Shown: positions 1 to 6,298 of the stretch, one piece after another
Numbering within the stretch: position 1 is the stretch's first letter
Layout of the letters: each line of letters starts with the position of its first letter
Assembly: GCA_030668825.1 (NCBI GenBank)
Contig: DAOVET010000081.1
Coordinates: 1-11,959 of the forward strand
Reading direction: 5' to 3'
Origin: Candidatus Heimdallarchaeota archaeon
Lineage (GTDB): Archaea; Asgardarchaeota; Heimdallarchaeia; Heimdallarchaeales; Heimdallarchaeaceae
Length of the DNA: 11,959 bases
Made by a program: the position numbers and the translations under genes
The notes under the pieces: model-generated
What the model was told of the DNA's origin: nothing
The model's database searches: none
Seen by the model: the letters and a program-made list of their open reading frames with translations, nothing else

Positions 1-34
1 TTAGAAAAAACCAGTTTAGATTTAGCTAAGAAAT

Positions 35-110
35 GGGCCAGTAGTTCAGTGGATAGAATGGCTGCCTGCGGAGCAGTTGGTCGACGGTTCGAATCCGTTC
101 TGGCCCGCCA
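35..110 (+). tRNA. tRNA-Arg, anticodon GCG, intronless, CCA encoded
   Basis: Full cloverleaf: acceptor GGGCCAG(35-41)/CTGGCCC(100-106); D arm GTTC-AGTGGATA-GAAT, with the A20 arginine identity element; anticodon stem GCTGC/GCAGT with loop CT-GCG-GA (anticodon 68-70); T arm GACGG-TTCGAAT-CCGTT; discriminator G107; CCA 108-110. Confidence 0.97.
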
Positions 111-112
111 AA

Positions 113-121
113 TCTTTTTCT
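113..121 (+). terminator. Probable archaeal oligo-T terminator of the tRNA
   Basis: TCTTTTTCT immediately after the CCA end. Confidence 0.45.
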
Positions 122-145
122 AAATCTCTCTCTGAATCAACCAGT

Positions 146-796
146 TTAAAGCTCCGAGTGCTTCTTTTCATAAAAAGGACTGTTTTGCTTTAATGGGACT
201 TTAAGAAATGCCTCCGCATGTTTTGTCGAAGCTTGGGCTCCCCTCATTTGTGTTCTATTTTTATGAAAATTAATGTAGAAATTATCCCCCCCTTTGGAAA
301 GCTGTGACTTATAGCATTTTATCGCTTCTTCTTTTTGATCATAATAATTACTAATATCAACTAAAATATGTGGATTTGGAATCAAGATTGTAGTTTCAGC
401 AACATATAACTTATTTACAAGATGAGGGTTCTTATGCTGTGTTTCATGAGCTGCCCATTCAATTCCTTCCAAAACAATGTTGTAAGTTGCTCTATGATCA
501 ATGTGATAATCATTTTCTAGATGAGTTACAACGATTTCTGGTCTAAAATTGAGTAAATAATTAATGAAATCTTTTATTATCTCTAGTTTTTCACTTTCTA
601 CATCTGGACAATCAAAGATTATGGGTTTTTGAACTCCTAGTATCTTGGTTGCGTTAAAGTATTCCTCCTTTCTCACAGAATCTGATGATAAACACAAAGT
701 ACTAACTTCATGTCCCAAAGTAGAATATTTAGCTATGGTTCCACCTGAACTCAAAGCTTCATCATCAGGGTGAGCGAAAACAAATGCTAATTTCAC
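146..796 (-). CDS. PIG-L/LmbE family Zn-dependent N-acetyl-sugar deacetylase (BshB1/MshB/Dac-like)
   Basis: Motifs FAHPDDE (HxDD), RKEE..A..ILG, DYHIDH (HxDH), K..AI.CYKSQ and AEAF. Start placed at GTG 796 (VKLAFVFAHPDD) rather than TTG 835 because the fold begins there and a TTTTTATA box lies 23-30 nt upstream. Confidence 0.9.
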   Translation of the reverse strand: MKLAFVFAHPDDEALSSGGTIAKYSTLGHEVSTLCLSSDSVRKEEYFNATKILGVQKPIIFDCPDVESEKLEIIKDFINYLLNFRPEIVVTHLENDYHIDHRATYNIVLEGIEWAAHETQHKNPHLVNKLYVAETTILIPNPHILVDISNYYDQKEEAIKCYKSQLSKGGDNFYINFHKNRTQMRGAQASTKHAEAFLKVPLKQNSPFYEKKHSEL

Positions 797-818
797 AACT
801 ATGATGTGTGAAACGGAA

Positions 819-826
819 TATAAAAA
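819..826 (-). promoter_or_regulatory. Putative TATA box for the deacetylase gene (leaderless or short-leader transcript)
   Basis: TTTTTATA on the minus strand, 23-30 nt upstream of GTG 796. Confidence 0.5.
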
Positions 827-840
827 GAATTCCAAGAATG

Positions 841-1866
841 CTAATCATTCTTGTTCGTTTCAAGATAATTGATGGCATAAATTCCAGTTTTATATCCATC
901 CCCCATTAGAATTGGAATATAATCCATCTCTCCTCGAACTGTTCCTGCTGCAAACAATCCTTGTAAATTTGATGAGTTATTCGCTTGAGTTTTAATGAAT
1001 CCTTCTTCTGTTTCTTCAATATTCAGATCACCCAATATTGACAAATCAGGTTTATCCTTTAACTCTATAAAAACACCATTTATTGACAGTTCCTTTATCT
1101 CACTTTTTTCTTGATATTTTAACCCTTCAACAGTTTGATTTCCATAAATTTCTATACTGTCAAGATCAATATTATTTTTTATTTTAATATTCGGCGATGC
1201 ATTCAATTTCCTTAAGAATCTTTTATCACAACCTAAATCGTCATTTGGGCATAGAAGTGTTATTTTTCTACAATATTTATGCAGAAATAGAGCTCCCCTT
1301 GCAACAATGTTCCCCGTGCCTATGATAGCGACTCTCCTCCCACGAAAGAGAGCACCATCACATACTGAACAGTGAGATACGCCCTTGTTAACAAATTCAT
1401 CCTCTCCCTTAATTGTGTGTTTAAGCTCAGGAAGACCAGTTGAGATAATAACTGTTTTAGTTTCAATAGATTGTTGCTCAGTAACAATATTGAAACCTTT
1501 TTCACTTTTAGATATCGTTTTAACCATCTCATTTGTAATATCTAATATTGGAAAATCCTGTTTTATTTCAGAAGAGATATCCTCATGAGGGATTCCTTCC
1601 ACGTGTTCAGAAGTAATCTTGTCATGGACAAATTCTATGTTAAGACTCTGCACTTGTTCAACAAGCTGTTGAATGAAATCTACACCAACTACTTTGCTTA
1701 TACCAGGTATATTTTCGATTTCTCCCTTTTTAGCAGTATTTGAATCAAATGGAATACCAAATAGTTTAATCATTATATCTGGATTTTTACAATAAGCAGC
1801 AATTGCTGCAGATAAGCCAGTTAAACCTGAACCAATAATTGCCAAGTCACAAGTTTCGTTATCCAT
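841..1866 (-). CDS. Thioredoxin reductase-like (TrxB family) flavoprotein with divergent cofactor motifs
   Basis: N-terminal Rossmann motif AIIGSGLTG, IENIPG, IISTG, GEDEFVNKGVSHCSVCDG (CxxC at 1360-1371), VAIIGTGN and GLFAAG. Confidence 0.85.
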   Translation of the reverse strand: MDNETCDLAIIGSGLTGLSAAIAAYCKNPDIMIKLFGIPFDSNTAKKGEIENIPGISKVVGVDFIQQLVEQVQSLNIEFVHDKITSEHVEGIPHEDISSEIKQDFPILDITNEMVKTISKSEKGFNIVTEQQSIETKTVIISTGLPELKHTIKGEDEFVNKGVSHCSVCDGALFRGRRVAIIGTGNIVARGALFLHKYCRKITLLCPNDDLGCDKRFLRKLNASPNIKIKNNIDLDSIEIYGNQTVEGLKYQEKSEIKELSINGVFIELKDKPDLSILGDLNIEETEEGFIKTQANNSSNLQGLFAAGTVRGEMDYIPILMGDGYKTGIYAINYLETNKND

Positions 1867-1952
1867 ATGATTAGTGATAGTTTAAAATAAAAAAACTTTG
1901 TTGATAAGGAAACTTAAACAATAATCATGAAAATCGTACCTGTTTTAACTTT

Positions 1953-1990
1953 GAAAAAGCGAAAAATAAAAGATGGAAAAAGGAAAAAAG
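1953..1990 (-). terminator. Oligo-T tracts, probable terminator of the wHTH gene
   Basis: Several T4-T6 runs on the minus strand (A runs on +) directly after the stop codon at 1994. Confidence 0.5.
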
Positions 1991-1993
1991 GGC

Positions 1994-2209
1994 TTAGTTA
2001 TCTACAATAAAGTAGAATACTGACCTCATATCGTTTAAATTACTTCTTTTAATTATTAACCCTAACTCTATTAATCTTCTTAGAGCGTATCTTGCAGTTC
2101 TTGCAGGGATCGCAGAAGCTTTAATTAGTTGCTTTTGAGTTAATGGTCCCTTTTTTTCCAAAATAGAAAGAAGTTTTTTTCCCGAAACTGGTATTTCTTC
2201 ATCTGCCAT
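1994..2209 (-). CDS. Small winged helix-turn-helix DNA-binding protein (MarR/ArsR-like)
   Basis: 71 aa with LLSILEKKGPLTQKQLIKASAIPARTARYALRRLIELGLI (HTH) and the wing NLNDMRSVFY (DxR). ATG start preceded by an SD-like GGGGAT. Confidence 0.88.
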   Translation of the reverse strand: MADEEIPVSGKKLLSILEKKGPLTQKQLIKASAIPARTARYALRRLIELGLIIKRSNLNDMRSVFYFIVDN

Positions 2210-2240
2210 TTTTGTTTATCCCCTTGCTATGTAAGTAATA

Positions 2241-2320
2241 CGGATAAGTTACTCTTATAAAAGCAATCTCAGTATTTTATCCGCGATTGCTAGAGAGTTT
2301 CTAGGGAATTTATCCGCAAT
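2241..2320. promoter_or_regulatory. wHTH promoter region: TATA box (TTTTATAA, minus strand, 2255-2262) flanked by repeated TTATCCG motifs
   Basis: CGGATAA at 2241-2247 (inverted copy), TTTATCCGCGAT at 2276-2287 and TTTATCCGCAAT at 2309-2320. Confidence 0.5.
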
Positions 2321-2538
2321 AGATTATTCCGTGTTTTATTTATATCCTTAGATATTTTTCTCGTAATATCGAACTAATATGTGCCGAGTAGTTTTTCTTC
2401 TGGGGAATTATAACTTAATTGCTATTTAAACACATAGCTTTTCTATGGTAATACGCTTAACTAGTTCTAATTTTCGAACAAATCATAATAAAGCTTATAA
2501 TGGTCAAATAGCCATATGTATTTCTTAGTGAGGTTATT

Positions 2539-2997
2539 GTGAGTCATAAAGTAGAAAGCTCTCCAGAAATATACCATTTAGCAAATCAGTTGCAAAGAAT
2601 CAACTATCTTGGGAATGTACAAACAATACAAATAGAGTTTGAATTCATACCTGAAGATAAAAAAACAGAATTAGATGGGATGTTTGAAGACTCAACAGGA
2701 ATTGGTAAATTTAAATCTGATATGATAATTCTTGAACAGATTTCTGGAAGAGACATGCTGGAAATAATCAACACTCTTCATAACGTTAGTTTAATCTTTG
2801 GAGATCTTTCTGCTATAGATGGAATAACAGCTCTAGTAGAAGTTAATTATCAGGGAGAAACATACTTCGTGGTGGTTTCATATAATCCATCAACTAATGG
2901 TTTGGAGCTAATATCAACCTCTGAAAGTAGATTATATTTCGAGCTTTTAAATTACATCAGAACAAAATGGGCTTTGTCTAAAACATTTATAAAATAA
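2539..2997 (+). CDS. Hypothetical protein, 152 aa, soluble alpha/beta
   Basis: Long ORF filling the gap between neighbouring genes, GTG start preceded by an SD-like GTGAGGT (2528-2534), TTATAA at 2495-2500. No recognisable motif. Confidence 0.8.
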   Translation: MSHKVESSPEIYHLANQLQRINYLGNVQTIQIEFEFIPEDKKTELDGMFEDSTGIGKFKSDMIILEQISGRDMLEIINTLHNVSLIFGDLSAIDGITALVEVNYQGETYFVVVSYNPSTNGLELISTSESRLYFELLNYIRTKWALSKTFIK

Positions 2998-3017
2998 GAT
3001 AAATGAACCCCATTGAT

Positions 3018-4121
3018 CTATTCCACTAGTTTATCAGTCAATATTTTTCTAAGAAGACCGAGTTTAACCTGCATATCTTCATCTTCAAGTTTACTTTTGT
3101 TGTTTTCAATCTTTTCACTGATATTATATAGAATGTAAGAAGATACGTGAAAATCAATTGTTAAGCCCCCTGAGTAAAGATCTTGAAGAGTATAATTGGA
3201 TTCCATCTTTGAAAGTGCAAAATTATATCCCTTAATGAATGCACTAATGTCTTTTTTTGTTTCATCAAATGTGCCATATTTCTGAAACTCCTTGATTAAT
3301 GGTTTAGCAAAAAAAGTTCCAATATCCTCTGCTCTGTCTCTACCTGGCATAACAAATTCTGGATCTATAATGTATACTTTTATCCTTGGTGGGAACTCTT
3401 CTATAATCTCACTTACTGGTGCAGTAACTTCTGATGAAAAGAGTAGATTCCCTTGATGAAAATCTCCATGAATCAATGTTGAACCTAGTGATTTCTCTAA
3501 TGAGTGAAATGAAGGAAGCATTGATTCTAATATTTCTTCTTCTAAATCTGAATCCTTTAGCGTAGATAAAAGATATAATATCAATTTTTTGTAAGGTTTA
3601 GTGACAAATTTATCAGTCTCTATTCCGTGGATAGCAGCTAGGGTTTGACCAGCTAATTGATGTTTAAAATTCTTATCAAGACTTGTTTCCCTAAAACTCT
3701 TACCCGTTATACCTTCGTAGATTATACTCCTATTGAGGTGACTCTTATAGACTATCTTAGGAATATAAATGCCCGGGAAACTTTCTGTAGCTTTTGAGAT
3801 TGTTTCATAATTTTCTATTTCTTTATTGTATCTTACTTCATCAGCTGAAAACTTAACAACCAGATTGATTGATTGCTCACCAATATCGGTATTCAAGTAA
3901 TATGTGACGAAATGGACTTTGGATTTTGAGGTACCTTTCTCTATTGAGTTTACTTCTTTTATAGATATCAAAGAAGGTAGCTCACCTGTTGTTTCGAAAA
4001 TTTGTGATTTAAAATATGAGTCAAGACTTTCTCCTATCACTGTAAGAATAGTTTTTAATTTCTGTTTTTTTCTTACTGAATCAGGAGAGAAAGATTCCTC
4101 TTTTTCACTCAAAAAACTCAC
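3018..4121 (-). CDS. Protein-kinase-like fold phosphotransferase (APH/choline/sugar kinase family)
   Basis: VVKF (catalytic Lys), helix-C Glu in RYNKEIE, IIYEGI hinge, LAAIH, Brenner motif IHGDFHQGNLL (core at 3447-3470), Mg-binding IIDPEF (DPE at 3357-3365) and AEDIG. Confidence 0.88.
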   Translation of the reverse strand: MSFLSEKEESFSPDSVRKKQKLKTILTVIGESLDSYFKSQIFETTGELPSLISIKEVNSIEKGTSKSKVHFVTYYLNTDIGEQSINLVVKFSADEVRYNKEIENYETISKATESFPGIYIPKIVYKSHLNRSIIYEGITGKSFRETSLDKNFKHQLAGQTLAAIHGIETDKFVTKPYKKLILYLLSTLKDSDLEEEILESMLPSFHSLEKSLGSTLIHGDFHQGNLLFSSEVTAPVSEIIEEFPPRIKVYIIDPEFVMPGRDRAEDIGTFFAKPLIKEFQKYGTFDETKKDISAFIKGYNFALSKMESNYTLQDLYSGGLTIDFHVSSYILYNISEKIENNKSKLEDEDMQVKLGLLRKILTDKLVE

Positions 4122-4195
4122 TTTCTAAATTGTATAATAGAACAAGTAGAAAACTCACTGAAAAACTTACCCCTATTACTTTTGCTTTTTTTCTA

Positions 4196-4579
4196 TTAAA
4201 TCAACAAGTTTAGCGGATTGATCATTCCAATTATTTTATCTCCATCTACAACGATTAGATGGTTAATTTTTTGTTCTTTCATTTTTAGAAGTGCTGAAGA
4301 AATAGTTTCGTGAGCACTGATTTCTATTAATGGTGTTTGCATAATATCTCTAACTTTTATTTTCTTCAATTCTTTGTCCTCAGAAATGACTTTAATGATA
4401 TCTTTACTTGTTACGATACCAACCGCATTACCATTATCTCCTACTAACAAGGACCCCACGTCGAAATCTGCCATGATAGAAGCTGTTTCAAATAGATTTT
4501 TTGAAGATTTTACAAAAAGAACTCCTTTGGTCATCACACTTGAAACTGGGTCGTCAATTTCGTATGTTCTAAGTGTCAT
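4196..4579 (-). CDS. Stand-alone CBS domain pair (Bateman module) protein
   Basis: VSSVMT...VGSLLV...VGIVTSKD and KVRDIMQTP...INHLIVVD..IIGMI. ATG at 4579 preferred over the adjacent TTG at 4582. Confidence 0.92.
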   Translation of the reverse strand: MTLRTYEIDDPVSSVMTKGVLFVKSSKNLFETASIMADFDVGSLLVGDNGNAVGIVTSKDIIKVISEDKELKKIKVRDIMQTPLIEISAHETISSALLKMKEQKINHLIVVDGDKIIGMINPLNLLI

Positions 4580-4680
4580 CAAGATTATCTAGACTACTAA
4601 GAAATTAAAGATTTTGTAAAGTGCAATCAAAGTTAAGACAAGCGATAAAGATAATTACCCTTCAATCATTACTGTTCTTG

Positions 4681-6234
4681 ATGGATAAATCTGTAAGAAT
4701 AGTTCATTTCAGTGATATACATTTCACTCCACGTCCCCAATTCATTAGAAGTAGTTATGATGAAGCAGTTTCTGTAATAAACAAGACTCCACACGATTTT
4801 GCGGTTTTTTCTGGTGATTTAACACAGGATGGGTTAATCGAGGAATATGAACTAGCTGATACATTACGGAAAGAAATCATTTCACCTAAGATTTACTGGA
4901 TTATTGGTAACCATGATTCTCGGTCTGGAGGATTTGAAGTATGGGAAAAGAAGGTTGGACCTAGAGAATTTCGAGAATATTTTGATGATATTCTTTTCAT
5001 AGGTTTGGATTCTTGTATTCCTGATCGAGATGGAGGGAGATTCGGAAGAGAAGCTCTTGACTATACAAAAAAGATACTTATGAAGTATGGAGATGCGAAG
5101 TTAAAGCTTATAGGGTTTCATCACCATATATTGCCCATTCCCAAAACAGGAAGGGAAAGATCAAACGCTGTTGATGCAGGTGATATGCTATCAGTTCTAT
5201 TAGATCATAACGTTGATGCAGTTTTCACCGGTCACAGACATCATCCTAATGTCTATAAAGTAGAAGATACTATTATAATTTCAGCTGGAAGCGTTTCTAG
5301 CTACAAGACTCGTAGTGGAGGTTCAAGATCATTCAACTATGTGGAAATAACTCCCGAAAAAGAAGTTAAAGTTAAGATAATGAAAACAAATGGAGACCCA
5401 ATCAAGAATGAATTAAAGACCATAACCAGACGATTTAGAATGGTAGATTCAACAGGTGGAATATGGCTCAGACTGGCTCAAATTGCTGGTACAGATTTTG
5501 GAAGTGGTAACAATAGCCAAAAGGAACTGTTTCAGAAAGGAATAGATCTGATTAATGGTACCAATCCAGATTTAATCCTTCATTGTGGTAATATGACCTC
5601 AGAAGGTAGAACTTCTGATTATGAATCAGCTGTTAAAGCATTTTCACCATATTCAGACAAGTTAATATTTTGTCCTGGACCTAATGATTTGAGAGGTTTT
5701 GGTGAAACATTACTGCATAAGTACTTTGACATCGAAAACACAATAGAGAAAAATAATTCGTTATTTTATGTCCTGAACACATCAGCACCTGAAACAGAAA
5801 TAGGTGTAGTTGGTAGAACAACTCAACATAGACTTGAGACATATGTCTATCATACTAGACAGCAATCTCGAGATAAATTCCATACTGTTGTTATGCATCA
5901 TCATCTTATACCAATTCCAGGAACAAGAGAAACTTCTGCTCTTGAAGATGCTGGGGATGTTTTACGATTGCTCTCTGATACAGGAGTAAATCTTACACTT
6001 AGTGGTCATTTGGGAAGAGCATTCTGTACAAGAGTCGAAAAGACAGCTTTTGTAAACTGCAACACCCTTTCATCACAACACACTGCCTCATCTGAAAATA
6101 GTTTCAATCTGATAGATATATCCACTGAAGGTGCAATGGTTGTATCAGAAATAAATGTTCCTTCTGGATTCAGAAGAATCTTAGGTATATTTCCGGGGAT
6201 AGAAACCGACAAAAATGAAGAAACCACCAAATAA
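4681..6234 (+). CDS. Tandem calcineurin-like metallophosphoesterase (Icc/CpdA-like), intact N-domain and degenerate C-domain
   Basis: Domain 1 has SDIH (4711), SGD (4810), GNHD (4906), HHH (5119) and GHRH (5230). A second homologous domain starts near 5461. ATG 4681 is preferred over GTG 4621 because the first beta strand follows directly. Confidence 0.92.
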   Translation: MDKSVRIVHFSDIHFTPRPQFIRSSYDEAVSVINKTPHDFAVFSGDLTQDGLIEEYELADTLRKEIISPKIYWIIGNHDSRSGGFEVWEKKVGPREFREYFDDILFIGLDSCIPDRDGGRFGREALDYTKKILMKYGDAKLKLIGFHHHILPIPKTGRERSNAVDAGDMLSVLLDHNVDAVFTGHRHHPNVYKVEDTIIISAGSVSSYKTRSGGSRSFNYVEITPEKEVKVKIMKTNGDPIKNELKTITRRFRMVDSTGGIWLRLAQIAGTDFGSGNNSQKELFQKGIDLINGTNPDLILHCGNMTSEGRTSDYESAVKAFSPYSDKLIFCPGPNDLRGFGETLLHKYFDIENTIEKNNSLFYVLNTSAPETEIGVVGRTTQHRLETYVYHTRQQSRDKFHTVVMHHHLIPIPGTRETSALEDAGDVLRLLSDTGVNLTLSGHLGRAFCTRVEKTAFVNCNTLSSQHTASSENSFNLIDISTEGAMVVSEINVPSGFRRILGIFPGIETDKNEETTK

Positions 6235-6259
6235 ATTATAGGGATATGACAGCCTTTTT

Positions 6260-6275
6260 CGAAGGATTTTTTAAA
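6260..6275 (+). promoter_or_regulatory. Putative BRE + TATA box for the giant membrane protein gene (leaderless)
   Basis: Purine-rich CGAAGGA followed by TTTTTTAAA, ending 24 nt before ATG 6299. No SD sequence. Confidence 0.55.
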
Positions 6276-6298
6276 CCCAGTATAAAGTACTAATTATA

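Noticed and set aside
9-148. 10-bp direct repeat AACCAGTTTA (9-18 and 139-148) flanking the tRNA, a possible target-site duplication or att site
   Set aside because: It is short and AT-rich, and the second copy overlaps the deacetylase stop codon. No integrase and no duplicated tRNA 3' end were seen in the window.
1320-1588. Short ORFs 1320-1532 (-) and 1385-1588 (+)
   Set aside because: They are alternate-frame or antisense shadows inside the TrxR gene, with no motifs.
2310-2318. TTATCCGCA resembles a DnaA box (TTATCCACA), suggesting a replication origin
   Set aside because: The context is archaeal, there is no dnaA or orc1/cdc6 nearby, and no ORB-like G-string repeats were seen. An operator is the simpler explanation.
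3018-4121. Calling the kinase an aminoglycoside-resistance gene
   Set aside because: The motifs define only the broad APH/choline kinase fold. The substrate cannot be inferred and there is no mobile context.
3904-4592. ORFs 3904-4128 (+) and 4374-4592 (+)
   Set aside because: They are antisense to the well-supported kinase and CBS genes.
4621-4680. 20-codon N-terminal extension of the phosphoesterase from GTG 4621
   Set aside because: It would occupy the divergent promoter space, and ATG 4681 directly precedes the first conserved strand.
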